Positions 47,309 through 56,874 of a stretch of 64,000 nt of DNA are shown here, piece after piece. The stretch lies in contig JANOTL010000136.1 in assembly GCA_031416315.1 (NCBI GenBank), forward strand, positions 1 to 64,000, written 5' to 3'. The stretch is from Pseudomonadota bacterium (GTDB taxonomy: Bacteria > Bdellovibrionota_B > Oligoflexia > Oligoflexales > CAIYRB01). Position 1 is the first letter of the stretch, and each line of letters opens with the position of its first letter. The notes beneath the pieces were generated by a model. That model was not told the DNA's origin, made no database searches, and was given only the letters and a program-made list of their open reading frames with translations. A program made the translations under genes and the position numbers.

Positions 47309-48244
47309 ATGCCGAACCGCTCGAAGACCGTGATTTTTGCGCTTCTGGCGCTAGCCTGCCTGCACCCGGCCGTGCCTTCGGCCCTAGGACTTCTGGCCGG
47401 CGTCGGCATCGGGCTGGTCGGCTGGAACCCAGACCCCGAGAGGACGAGAAAGTGGGCGTCGATGCTCCTGTCGTCCTCGGTGATCGGCCTCGGCGCCGGG
47501 ATGAATCTGGCGCAGGTCTTGAAAGTCGGCGCGCAGGGCTTCGTGCAGACGGCGGCGTCGATCGCGCTGACGCTCGCGCTCGGCCTCGTGCTCGGGAAGC
47601 TCTTGAAGGACGAGCGCTTCATCTCGCTCCTGGTCTCCAGCGGCACCGCCATCTGCGGCGGCAGCGCCATCGCCGCCGTCGCCGCCGCGATCGCCGCGCC
47701 CGAGGAGGCGGTCGCCGTAGCGCTCGCCACCGTCTTTCTCTTGAACGCGGCCGCGCTCTGGATCTTCCCGCCTTTGGGCCATGCGCTCGGCATGAGCCCC
47801 GCGGATTTCGGCCTTTGGAGCGCGCTCGCGATCCACGACACGAGCTCGGTCGTCGGCGCCGCCGTCGCCTTCGGCGGCGAAGCCGTCGACGTGGCCACGA
47901 CGGTGAAATTGGCGCGCGCGCTGTGGATCGTCCCCGTCGCGCTGCTGGCCGCGCGCTTCTTCAAGAAGGCGAAGGCAGACCCCGCGCAGCCGGCGACGAA
48001 GGCGAAGAAGCCGTGGTTCATCCTTGGCTTTCTGCTGGCGGCCGCGCTCGCGACCTACGTGCCGCCGCTCGCGCCCGCGATGCAGATCGTGGCCATGGTC
48101 GCCAAGCGCACGCTCGTCGTGACGCTCTTTTTGATCGGCAGCGGCGTGAGCGTCGCGGCGCTGCGAAAGACCGGCGCGCGTCCGATGCTGCACGGCGCGG
48201 CCTTGTGGTTGATCGTTGCGGCTTCGACGTTGGCGATCATTTAG
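47309..48244 (+). CDS. YeiH / putative sulfate exporter family membrane protein
   Basis: GTAICGGSAIAA, AIHDTSSVVGA, VKLARALWI, KPWFILGF. Confidence 0.88.
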   Translation: MPNRSKTVIFALLALACLHPAVPSALGLLAGVGIGLVGWNPDPERTRKWASMLLSSSVIGLGAGMNLAQVLKVGAQGFVQTAASIALTLALGLVLGKLLKDERFISLLVSSGTAICGGSAIAAVAAAIAAPEEAVAVALATVFLLNAAALWIFPPLGHALGMSPADFGLWSALAIHDTSSVVGAAVAFGGEAVDVATTVKLARALWIVPVALLAARFFKKAKADPAQPATKAKKPWFILGFLLAAALATYVPPLAPAMQIVAMVAKRTLVVTLFLIGSGVSVAALRKTGARPMLHGAALWLIVAASTLAII

Positions 48245-48383
48245 GCACCGGCTCGAAGCGCGGCACTGTCCTTGCAGTTTCGCGAAACGACTTCAGGATA
48301 CTGCGTCGGGAGCGTGGGGTGCCCACTTCAGCGCAGTCAAAACACGACAGCGCGTCGCTGAAACGGAACACGAGGAGTGGGCC

Positions 48384-49889
48384 ATGAGACTCATCATGTC
48401 GAGAAAAGGTGCCTGGCTGCTATCGGCAGCCGTGAGCGGAGCGGCGGTGAGCGGGTGCGGCGGCGCGACGGCTAAGCTCTTAGGCCGCGGCGGCGACGAC
48501 GCGCGGCCTGCGCGTGACGCCGCCGCCGGCGACGAGCGTCCGGAGCCTGAGCAGCCGCGGCCGGAACCGGGTCCGGTCGCGGTCCCCGCGCCGCAGCCGG
48601 GCGACTTCGATCCGGCGCAGTTTGCGCCGACGCGTGAGCGCCTGATCGCGGAAAAGGACGCCTTCGCCGCGCGGCAAAAAGAGTTGCTCGAGGCGCGCTA
48701 CGACCTGGCCGACCGCTCCGCGCCGGGCATCACCATGTCCCGCGGCAAGACGGTGCAGGCCGGCGTACGCGTCAAGCTTGCCGAGGGTCAAAGTTTCGCC
48801 GACCTCGCGGCATTGAGCCCGGCTGAGATCCGCGCGCGCAAGGCCTTCCCGGGCGGCTTTATGCCGCTGCCCCATCCGAAACAAGAAGAAGGCGGCATGG
48901 TCTTCCCGCAGGTCCAGATCGACGAGCTGAAAGCGCAGGAAGGCCGCGACCTGACGCGCTTCGACCTGGATTTCGACCTGCCTGACCATTTCATGCCGGA
49001 GTTCCCGCCGGCGATGTTCCTGACGACGCGAAAGGACCTGGGCGACGTGTCGCAGGGCAAGCTCGTCACCAACCAAAACTTCTATGATTTGTTCGCCGGC
49101 ATCCTAAACCCGAAGCAGCTCGACGGCCTGCGTCTCCTGACCACGCCGTTCGCGCAGCAACAGTTCAATCTGACGCCCGACCGCCGCAGCGACGAGCCGC
49201 ATCAAGGCGTAGCCTGCCTCGACTGCCACGCGAACGGCGGCAGCAACGGCGCCACGCACCTCATCGGCGACATCCGCCCGCAAGAGCTGCGGCGCCGCAT
49301 CGACACGCCGGCCCTGCGCGGCCTCAATATCCAGCGCCTCTTCGGCTCGCAGCGCGCCTTGAAGACGGTCGAGGATTTCACCGAGTTCGAGCAGCGCGCC
49401 GCATACTTCGACGGCGACCCGGTGGCGGCCTTGAAAAAGGGCGTAAATTTCCTCGACCGCGGCCACGAGGTTCAGGCGATGGCGGAGCTGCAGGAGCTCT
49501 TCGACTTCCCGCCCGCGCCGAAGCTAGGCTTCGACGGCAAGCTGGATCCGATGCAGGCGACCGCCCAGGAAGAGCGCGGCCAGGAGATCTTCTTCGGCAA
49601 GGGCCAGTGCGCCACCTGCCACACGCCGCCCTACTACACCGACAACACGATGCACGACCTGCGCGCCGAGCGCTTCTACACGGCGATCACCGTCAACGGC
49701 CGCAAAGCCGGCATGGACGGCCCGATCAAGACCTTCGTCCTGCGCGGCATCAAGGAGACGCCGCCTTATCTGCACGACGGACGCCTGCTGACGCTCGACG
49801 ACACGGTCGAGTACTTCAACTTGATTCTCGGCCTGAAGCTCGCACCGGCGGAGAAGGCAGATCTGGTCTCTTTCCTCTACACGCTCTGA
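48384..49889 (+). CDS. Di-heme cytochrome c (CCP/MauG-like) lipoprotein
   Basis: Lipobox VSGC; CLDCH and CATCH heme motifs; DTPALRG, PPYLHDG. Confidence 0.85.
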   Translation: MRLIMSRKGAWLLSAAVSGAAVSGCGGATAKLLGRGGDDARPARDAAAGDERPEPEQPRPEPGPVAVPAPQPGDFDPAQFAPTRERLIAEKDAFAARQKELLEARYDLADRSAPGITMSRGKTVQAGVRVKLAEGQSFADLAALSPAEIRARKAFPGGFMPLPHPKQEEGGMVFPQVQIDELKAQEGRDLTRFDLDFDLPDHFMPEFPPAMFLTTRKDLGDVSQGKLVTNQNFYDLFAGILNPKQLDGLRLLTTPFAQQQFNLTPDRRSDEPHQGVACLDCHANGGSNGATHLIGDIRPQELRRRIDTPALRGLNIQRLFGSQRALKTVEDFTEFEQRAAYFDGDPVAALKKGVNFLDRGHEVQAMAELQELFDFPPAPKLGFDGKLDPMQATAQEERGQEIFFGKGQCATCHTPPYYTDNTMHDLRAERFYTAITVNGRKAGMDGPIKTFVLRGIKETPPYLHDGRLLTLDDTVEYFNLILGLKLAPAEKADLVSFLYTL

Positions 49890-49910
49890 TTCCCGCCTGA
49901 GCCAAACCGT

Positions 49911-49950
49911 GTGTTCCACCGTTCCAAATTGGTGGAACACATTGTTCCAA
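49911..49950. promoter_or_regulatory. Multi-site operator containing TGGAAC-N5-GTTCCA
   Basis: GTTCCA at 49913, 49921, 49944 and TGGAAC at 49933. Confidence 0.65.
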
Positions 49951-50046
49951 ACGCTCTAGACGGCGTCGACGCCGGCTGTTAGAACTCGCTTCGTCAGGGC
50001 AACACCCGCCCGGAACCACCTCACAAACAAGCTCGAGGAATCCACG

Positions 50047-50628
50047 ATGCAAGCTATCGTCACGACCGTCACCGTGTCCGCGCTCTTCACCTTGGCCGCC
50101 TCGCCCGCGTTCGGCGCGCCCCGCCTCCGCAGCGTGCAGAGCGCCGGCAGCGGCTGCTACGCCGGCTCCGTCGACGCCGAGCTGCGCGGCAACGTCGTCG
50201 AACTGACCATGGATCCGCTGCAGAACGAAGGCGGCCGCGGCGCCAACTTCGCCTCGGCGCGCAGCAACTGCTCGCTCATCCTCTCGATCAGCTCGCCGCG
50301 CCAGCAGGTCGCGGTGGAGGCGATCGACCTCGAATACTCTTCCGACCTCGGCCGCACCGGCTCTTCGACCTTCGCGAGCTTCGTCTACGTGCAAGGCGGC
50401 GGCACCAACTATGCCTTCGACGACCTCTCGATCGACGGGCAAAATTCGGAGGGCGAGGCGACGGTCGGTGCTTGGGACGACCAACTCGCCTGGACGCCGT
50501 GCGGCGGCGGCCGCGCCTTGGGCTTCTCGCTCGCGAACACCTTCGACCGCGGCCGCACGCTCTCCGATTACGGCACGACCAGCGTCACGCCGAAAGCCTT
50601 CCGCCTGCGCGTCCGCAGCTGCCGCTAA
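50047..50628 (+). CDS. DUF4360-like secreted protein
   Basis: Signal peptide; AGSGCYAGS, RSNCSL, WTPCG, terminal RSCR. Confidence 0.7.
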   Translation: MQAIVTTVTVSALFTLAASPAFGAPRLRSVQSAGSGCYAGSVDAELRGNVVELTMDPLQNEGGRGANFASARSNCSLILSISSPRQQVAVEAIDLEYSSDLGRTGSSTFASFVYVQGGGTNYAFDDLSIDGQNSEGEATVGAWDDQLAWTPCGGGRALGFSLANTFDRGRTLSDYGTTSVTPKAFRLRVRSCR

Positions 50629-50744
50629 AAGCCTCGTCTCCTCCGAGCGAGCTCCCAGAATGTCTTTGGCGGCACGGCCCGGGCCGATCGCCCGGCTCGT
50701 GCCGCCGGTTCGCAGGGCTGCCGCCGTCCCTCTCCGATTCCCGT

Positions 50745-50817
50745 ATTCCAGTGTTCCAAGCCCTTTGGAACCAAGTGTTCCAAATCCCTTGATCCACCGA
50801 ATTGGTTATGGTAAGTT
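50745..50817 (+). promoter_or_regulatory. Second copy of the TGGAAC-N5-GTTCCA operator, followed by a sigma70-like promoter
   Basis: ATTCCA 50745, GTTCCA 50753, TGGAAC 50766, GTTCCA 50777; TTGATC-N17-TAAGTT at 50789-50817. Confidence 0.65.
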
Positions 50818-50850
50818 CCGCCGCCGCAGCTCGATGGGGTCACTTCGCTC

Positions 50851-51621
50851 GTGGACGCTTCCGCTCAATCCGCGATCAGCAACGTCCTGCGCCAGGCCTT
50901 CGTCGAAGCCCAGGTCCGGAACCCCTCGTATTCGCTCCGCGCCTTCGCCCGCCGCCTCGCCATCAGCCCCTCGGCGCTCTCGGAGATCATGGCCGGCAAG
51001 CGCCGCATCTCCCGCAAGATCGCCGATCGTCTGACCGAGAAGCTTTGCCTCGAGCCGCGCCAGCGCCAGGCGATCCTCACGCTCTTCCGTGCCGGCGGCG
51101 CCGCCGCCGGAGATTCCGCCGCCGGCGGCATCGAGTACGAGCTCCTCGACGCCGACAAGTTTGCCGCCATCGCCGACTGGTACCACTTCGGCATCCTGTC
51201 GCTGATGGAGACCAAGGACTTCCAGAGCGACCCGCAGTGGATCGCCGCGCGCCTCAACATCCGCCTGCGCGAGTCCGTCGCCGCGCTCGAGCGCCTGGAG
51301 CGTCTGGGCCTCATCAAGAAAACCCGCGGCAAATTCAGCCTCACGAAGGGGCGCCTCACCAGCTCCGACGGCGTCCGCAATTTGAGCCTGCAGCGCGCGC
51401 ACGCCGCGAACCTGGCGCTCGCGCAGACGTCCTTGGCGGAGGATCCGGTCGACTCCCGCGACTTCTGCGCCACGACCATGGCCATCGATCCCGAGAAAAT
51501 CCCCGAGGCGAAGCAGATGATCCGCGAGTTCTCGGACCGCTTGGCCAGCTTCCTCGAGACATCCGGAAAACAAACGGAAGTTTATAAGCTGTGCCTCCAG
51601 CTTTTTCCGCTCAGCCATTAG
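50851..51621 (+). CDS. TIGR02147/DUF4423 family HTH protein
   Basis: RNPSYSLRAFARRLAISPSALSEIMAGKR, WYHFGILSL, LERLGLI, VYKLCLQLFPL. Confidence 0.88.
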   Translation: MDASAQSAISNVLRQAFVEAQVRNPSYSLRAFARRLAISPSALSEIMAGKRRISRKIADRLTEKLCLEPRQRQAILTLFRAGGAAAGDSAAGGIEYELLDADKFAAIADWYHFGILSLMETKDFQSDPQWIAARLNIRLRESVAALERLERLGLIKKTRGKFSLTKGRLTSSDGVRNLSLQRAHAANLALAQTSLAEDPVDSRDFCATTMAIDPEKIPEAKQMIREFSDRLASFLETSGKQTEVYKLCLQLFPLSH

Positions 51622-51646
51622 ACCCCCGTCACGAAGGATCACGCGC

Positions 51647-52699
51647 ATGTCACCTCGTCTCATGACCCTCGCCGCGAGCCTCGCCTTCGTGGCCGCTTTG
51701 ACGACTTTTCCCGCCGGCGCCGGCCATCGCGAAGGCAACGGCGGCGATTACATCCGCGCGACCTACATGCGGATGGGCCACGCCGTCATTCAGCATCTGA
51801 AGACGACGCCCGAGGGCAAGGCCCTCGTCCAGGCGCACCACCTCTCGGTCGACGACTTGACCGATCAGCTCTCGATCGCCGTGATCAAGGTCTCCGACAC
51901 GCCGCTCGCCGACAACGGCGAGTCGCAGGTCGACGCCCTCGGCGAGCCCGGCAAGATCACGCTGTACCACGGCGCGTGGTTCGAGCACTTCGAGCGCGAT
52001 CGCGACGTGTACTTCCTCGTCCTCCACGAGATGCTGCGCGCCGCGGGCGTAGACGACGACGACTACGTGATCTCCGGCCGCGTGCGTCCCTTCCCGGAGG
52101 ACGGCAAGATCGCGACGAGCATCGGCTCCTCCATCCCTCTGATCGCCGAGGACGACGTCGAGCGCTACATCGACATCAGCCAACCCGCCGTCAACGGCAG
52201 CGGCTGCCCGAGCGGCTACGGTGCGCTCGCCGACTTCGACGCGGCGCACAACGTCTTGGGCCTGCGCATCAGCGAGCTCAGCGTCAGCGATTATTCCGGC
52301 GCCTCGCTGCCAGAACGCCGCGAGAACTGCATCCTTTCGCTGCAGACGCGTCAGCTGCCGCCCGGCAAGCGCCTCGTCGTCACCCAGATCGACGCGATGG
52401 GCGACGTCGAGCTCCCGCCGCACTCCACTTTCACGATGACGGCCGAGGCTTACCTCGGCGGCTCGGTCTCCCAGTCCGGGATCCAAACGAAGACGGTCGC
52501 CGCCGGCGCAGTGCCCGTCAACGGCCGTACGCTTCTGCGCGCCTCAGGCAACATGCTAACGACCGAATGCGGCTCCGCCGGGAAGCTCCTGAACATCTCG
52601 GTCAGCGGCCGCACCCAGCGTCACGTGCCCTCCGCCAACACGGAGTCGCGTGGCCGCGTGCACGGCATTTCCCTCTCCTTGCGGCTGAAGAGCTGCTGA
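51647..52699 (+). CDS. Secreted protein with N-terminal GNGG domain and C-terminal DUF4360-like domain
   Basis: Signal peptide, REGNGGDY, LVLHEMLR; NGSGCPSG, RENCIL, TECG, terminal LKSC. Confidence 0.7.
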   Translation: MSPRLMTLAASLAFVAALTTFPAGAGHREGNGGDYIRATYMRMGHAVIQHLKTTPEGKALVQAHHLSVDDLTDQLSIAVIKVSDTPLADNGESQVDALGEPGKITLYHGAWFEHFERDRDVYFLVLHEMLRAAGVDDDDYVISGRVRPFPEDGKIATSIGSSIPLIAEDDVERYIDISQPAVNGSGCPSGYGALADFDAAHNVLGLRISELSVSDYSGASLPERRENCILSLQTRQLPPGKRLVVTQIDAMGDVELPPHSTFTMTAEAYLGGSVSQSGIQTKTVAAGAVPVNGRTLLRASGNMLTTECGSAGKLLNISVSGRTQRHVPSANTESRGRVHGISLSLRLKSC

Positions 52700-52724
52700 G
52701 TTACGGTGCGCTCCCCCATCCGAA

Positions 52725-54074
52725 ATGGTGAACCCTTTGCTCAAGCCGAAGTCCCTGCTCACCGTCGTCGAAACGCTCTGGAGCGAGCTCGCCGCCACCG
52801 ATCGGCCCTGGCCCTTCGACCGGCGCCTCGCAACCCTCTTGAAAGAACGGGGGAAAAGACCCGAGCGCGACGGCGGGCCGACGCGGACGCTCTTGGGCGA
52901 TCTTCTTTTGGCGGTCATGCGGCATGCGGGAGCGGCGGCGTATGCCGCTGCGCCGTCGAAGGATTTCGTCACGCACCTGACGCAGCCTTCGGTTCCGCCG
53001 GAAGAGTGCTGGCGACTCATTCGCACGGCGCCCGCGACGGCGATGGTGCGCATGGCCTTGGCGCGGGATCTGGCTTCGAGCGCCGGCTCGGCTTACATGA
53101 CTGCGCCGGAGCTCGACTCCTTACGCAGCGAGCTCGCCCGAGAGATCGACCACATCAAGGGCGCGAATGAGCGCGCGCGCTCGGCCGGCCTCGCGAATGC
53201 GGTCGCCGCCGCCGGCCTGCCGGCGTGGTTCGCGCCGAAGCTCGCGCGCCGTGCGGAGACGAGTCCCGACTTCAACCTGCGCGCTTTTCTCGAGCAGCTG
53301 GCGCTGCGCCCGCCACTCTGGCTGCGCATCGCCGATCCGGAGAAACGCGCGATCGTGATCGCCGATCTTTCCGCGGACTACGAGATCCTCGAAGAGCGCG
53401 GCCTCGCTCTGCGCGTCCGCGGCGCGCGCCCGCTCGGCACACATCCGTTGATGGAGACCGGCGCGGTCGAGATCCAGGATCTGGCGAGCCAGGCGATCGG
53501 CGCTGCCGTCGCCGCGACGCCCGGCACCTTCCTGTGGGACGCCTGCGCCGGCCGCGGCGGCAAGACGCTCCAACTCGCCGCGGCCCAACATGGTCGCGGC
53601 GCGCTCTACGCCTCCGACATCGACGAGAAGAAGCTCGACGTCTTGAAGAAGCGCGCCGCGCGCGCCGGCTTCGCCCAGGTGCGCCCCTGGCCATGGAAGG
53701 GCGACGAGCCCGCCACCTTCGCCAAGGAAGTGACGCGCCGCGGCGGCTTCGACGCCGTCCTCGTGGACGCGCCGTGCGGCTCGAGCGGTACTTTCCGCCG
53801 CAACCCCGAGATGCGGTACGCGCAAGGCGACGTGTCGCTCGCGAGCCTCGTCATGGTGCAGCGCCGACTCCTCGCCTTGGCGGCTGAGGCCGTCGTTCCC
53901 GGCGGCCTCGTCGTCTACGGAACTTGCAGTTTCCTCGTGGAAGAGAACGAGGAAATCGTCTCGACGCTGGCGGCGGCGCGGCCGGATCTCGAGATTCTGG
54001 CGCAGGGGGTGCACGGGGGCCCCGCGGACGACGCCGACCTTACCTTCGTGGCGCGGGCACAACGCGCGAAATAA
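52725..54074 (+). CDS. RsmB/NOP family RNA m5C methyltransferase
   Basis: IQDLASQ, DACAGRGGKT, VDAPCGSSG, YGTCS, EENE. Confidence 0.88.
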   Translation: MVNPLLKPKSLLTVVETLWSELAATDRPWPFDRRLATLLKERGKRPERDGGPTRTLLGDLLLAVMRHAGAAAYAAAPSKDFVTHLTQPSVPPEECWRLIRTAPATAMVRMALARDLASSAGSAYMTAPELDSLRSELAREIDHIKGANERARSAGLANAVAAAGLPAWFAPKLARRAETSPDFNLRAFLEQLALRPPLWLRIADPEKRAIVIADLSADYEILEERGLALRVRGARPLGTHPLMETGAVEIQDLASQAIGAAVAATPGTFLWDACAGRGGKTLQLAAAQHGRGALYASDIDEKKLDVLKKRAARAGFAQVRPWPWKGDEPATFAKEVTRRGGFDAVLVDAPCGSSGTFRRNPEMRYAQGDVSLASLVMVQRRLLALAAEAVVPGGLVVYGTCSFLVEENEEIVSTLAAARPDLEILAQGVHGGPADDADLTFVARAQRAK

Positions 54075-55047
54075 TCGTGCGGATCATCGTGTTGGCGTCG
54101 AGGACGAGCCTGGCGCCGGCCGCCGGGCGTTGCAGGAATTGCAGCCAGCTGAGAAGATCGAGGAGCTGTGCCTGACGCCGCCAATCGGCGGGAAGCCGGC
54201 CGCCGTGCAAGCGAAAGCCCCGCTCCAGGCCGGCCGTGAAGCCCGGGGCGCTGCCGCCGGGTGGACGTAGCGCATGACCCAAGTCGACGAGCGGCGAGCC
54301 GGCGAAGGCGAACTCCCAGTCGAGGAGCCCGCTGATGCGCCAGCCGTCGTCGGTCCTTTGCACCAGGATGTTCGTGGCGTCGAAATCTCCGTGCGTGAGC
54401 GCCGGCTCCAGATCTTCGACTTCGTCGAGGATCGAAGCGTGTTGCGCCAGGCAGTCGTCGAGAGCGGCGGCGAGGCCGGCGTCTAAACGAGAAGCCGGCA
54501 ACGGCTCCCTGCACCAAGAGCGCAGAAGGCTCGAAACGGCTTCGCCGTCGAGTCGCAGCGGCGTCGCGATCGCGAGCGACGGCTTGAAGAAGCCCGCATG
54601 CGGAAAGCGGATGGCGTCGAGCTCGGCGAGAAGACCGCCGACCGCCTCGCCGAGCGCTACGGCTTCGGCAGGGTCGTCGGCGTGCGTCGTCAGCGCGCTC
54701 TGCAGCGTTTCACCGGGAAGCCAGTCGACGAGGACGTACGGGTGCGGCGTCACCGGATTTTTGCGCGCGGCGTAGAGGATCTCGGGGACTGGAAGACCGT
54801 GGCGCAGCGCAAGCTGCATGACCGCTTGCTCGATTGGGGCCGAGTCGGCGTCGCGTAGGTAGACGCGCACGCCCACCTCCGTTTCGTGGCCGTCGAGGGT
54901 CGCGACGTAGGTGGCGTTGGCGAGGCCCCCGTGTTGGCGGCGGGCCGCCGTGACGGTTGCCGCGGGAAATGCGGGCGCGAGGAGGGCGGCGATCTCGGGG
55001 AGGCCGAGGCTTAGATCTTGTTGGGTGGGTTCCCAGTTTTGGCGCAT
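54040..55047 (-). CDS. Aminoglycoside phosphotransferase-like kinase
   Basis: GGLAN, LPVPE, THGDFDATNIL, LLDWEFA. Confidence 0.82.
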   Translation of the reverse strand: MRQNWEPTQQDLSLGLPEIAALLAPAFPAATVTAARRQHGGLANATYVATLDGHETEVGVRVYLRDADSAPIEQAVMQLALRHGLPVPEILYAARKNPVTPHPYVLVDWLPGETLQSALTTHADDPAEAVALGEAVGGLLAELDAIRFPHAGFFKPSLAIATPLRLDGEAVSSLLRSWCREPLPASRLDAGLAAALDDCLAQHASILDEVEDLEPALTHGDFDATNILVQRTDDGWRISGLLDWEFAFAGSPLVDLGHALRPPGGSAPGFTAGLERGFRLHGGRLPADWRRQAQLLDLLSWLQFLQRPAAGARLVLDANTMIRTIISRVVPAPRR

Positions 55048-55131
55048 GGGATGAGGTCGTCGGCAGTATGGGTTTTATGCTTTGGCTCTTTTTTGGGCTC
55101 TAGCGCGGAGGGGCGGAGCGCCAAAAACGCG

Positions 55132-56019
55132 CTACGCCTCCGTCAACCCCCGCACCACCACCGACGCACAAGCAAAGCCGAACGCCCCCGTCACGAACCC
55201 CGCATTCCCCATGATCACGTTCCGGTTCTCACAGTTGAAATACGGATTTTCTCCCCCGGGGCACACGCACCGAAAGCCCTTCCCGTTGTCATAACGCAAC
55301 TCCTCCGGCTCCGTCGGACTCTCGGTGGAGAAGACCGCCGAAATCCCGAACGTCGCCCGCGGCGCATTCGGAAAGCCGTATTTTTCCCGCAGAACGCGGC
55401 GTACGGCGCGCGCCAGATCGTCGACCTCGGTCAGGGCGAGGTCGGTGATCTTGATCGCCGTGGGGTCGAGCCGGCCGCCAGAGCCGGTCGAGGTCACGAC
55501 CGGGATACCCTCTTTCACGCAGTGCGCCAGCAAATGGCACTTCGAGGTGATGTGGTCGATCGCGTCGAGGACGAAGTCGGGCCGCCGGCCGAATAGGAGC
55601 TCGCGGTTTTCCTCGTTGTAGAAGACCGGGAAGACCTCGATCTCGCAGCGCGGATTGATCTGCCGCAGGCGCGCGGCCATCACCTCCGCCTTCTTCTGGC
55701 CGACGGTGCCGTGCACCGCGTGCAGCTGCCGGTTGAAATTGGTGACGCAAACGTCGTCGAAGTCGACCAGGGCGATCTTGCCGACGCCCGAGCGCACCAA
55801 GGATTCCGCCGCCCAGGAACCGACGCCGCCGAGGCCGATCACCATCACGCGCGCTTCTTTCAAGCGCTTCATCTTGGCGTCGCCGATCAGGCGGCCGATG
55901 CGGTCGAAGCGGCGGTTCAGCTTGTAGGTCTCGAGCTCCTCGACCCCCATTTCCTGCATGTTCGCGGGAAGCGATGGGGCGGTCGGGACGGTCTTCGGCA
56001 TGGACTCTAGATCGGTCAC
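55132..56019 (-). CDS. tcdA: tRNA threonylcarbamoyladenosine dehydratase (ThiF family)
   Basis: GLGGVGSWAAESL, TNFNRQLHA, DAIDH, GGRLDPT, FVTGAFG. Confidence 0.9.
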   Translation of the reverse strand: MTDLESMPKTVPTAPSLPANMQEMGVEELETYKLNRRFDRIGRLIGDAKMKRLKEARVMVIGLGGVGSWAAESLVRSGVGKIALVDFDDVCVTNFNRQLHAVHGTVGQKKAEVMAARLRQINPRCEIEVFPVFYNEENRELLFGRRPDFVLDAIDHITSKCHLLAHCVKEGIPVVTSTGSGGRLDPTAIKITDLALTEVDDLARAVRRVLREKYGFPNAPRATFGISAVFSTESPTEPEELRYDNGKGFRCVCPGGENPYFNCENRNVIMGNAGFVTGAFGFACASVVVRGLTEA

Positions 56020-56804
56020 GGCGATGTTCCTCGGATGATGAGCTTACGGATGGCTTGGGTGCTGGCGGCGAGCAAGGCCTCGGCCGGCGCGTCGCCGAGG
56101 ACTCGGCCCAAGGCGGTCGCGACTGCGGGCAGGGTCGCGGGCTCGGCGACGTGGCCCGCCAGCGCCCCGTCGGGCGCGTCGGTCTCGACGAGCAAACGGT
56201 CGCGAGGCAGGGTCGGCAGCGCCCGGCGGAGCTTTCTGAAGCTTTCGCGGGCGACGCCGGCGTTCACCGAGATGTGGAGGCCGAGACCGACGTAGGCGCG
56301 CGCGGCATTTTCGTCCCCGGAGAAGGCGTGGACGATGCCGCCGGCCGGCAACGGCCCGTGCGCGGCGAGGATGCGCGCGGCCTCCGCGTGCTCGCGTACG
56401 ACATGGAGGACGAGCGGCTTTTCGTGCTCGCGGGCGAGCTCGACGTGGCGCACGAAGCTGCGCCTTTGCCGCTCGAGGTAGACGGCGCCTCCAGCACGCG
56501 CGCCCGAGTCGAGTCCAGTCTCGCCTAGAAACGGCGTCTCCGCCATCAACGCGGCGAGCTGTTCGAGCGCAGAGTCGACTTCGGCGTCCGTCTTTTCTGC
56601 GACCCACCACGGGTGCAAGCCGAAGGCGGGGAAAAATCCGGCACCGACCCAGTCGCGCAAGCGGCGCTGGCGGTCCCAGTCCTCGGGCGAGACCCCGCCC
56701 TGCACCCAAGCGTCGACACCGGCCGCACGCGAGCGGGCGACCACGGCGCGAGCGTCGTCATAAAGCCGCGGATCGGCCAGGTGGCAGTGTGCGTCGGTCC
56801 ACAT
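56016..56804 (-). CDS. TatD family hydrolase
   Basis: DAHCHL, GLHPW, GETGLD, HAFSG, VETDAP. Confidence 0.9.
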   Translation of the reverse strand: MWTDAHCHLADPRLYDDARAVVARSRAAGVDAWVQGGVSPEDWDRQRRLRDWVGAGFFPAFGLHPWWVAEKTDAEVDSALEQLAALMAETPFLGETGLDSGARAGGAVYLERQRRSFVRHVELAREHEKPLVLHVVREHAEAARILAAHGPLPAGGIVHAFSGDENAARAYVGLGLHISVNAGVARESFRKLRRALPTLPRDRLLVETDAPDGALAGHVAEPATLPAVATALGRVLGDAPAEALLAASTQAIRKLIIRGTSP

Positions 56805-56874
56805 CGGGCGCCAGGATCGCTTGCGCGGGCGACCGGGTCAAGGCCGCTGCCGCCCCGAGCATTGATTATGAAAA

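Noticed and set aside
49933..50782. LexA/SOS box
   Set aside because: The spacer is N5 rather than the GAAC-N4-GTTC of Gram-positive-type boxes, and the downstream genes are not DNA-repair genes
49911..50783. CRISPR array or IS ends
   Set aside because: Only short half-sites in two places; no repeat-spacer periodicity, cas gene or transposase
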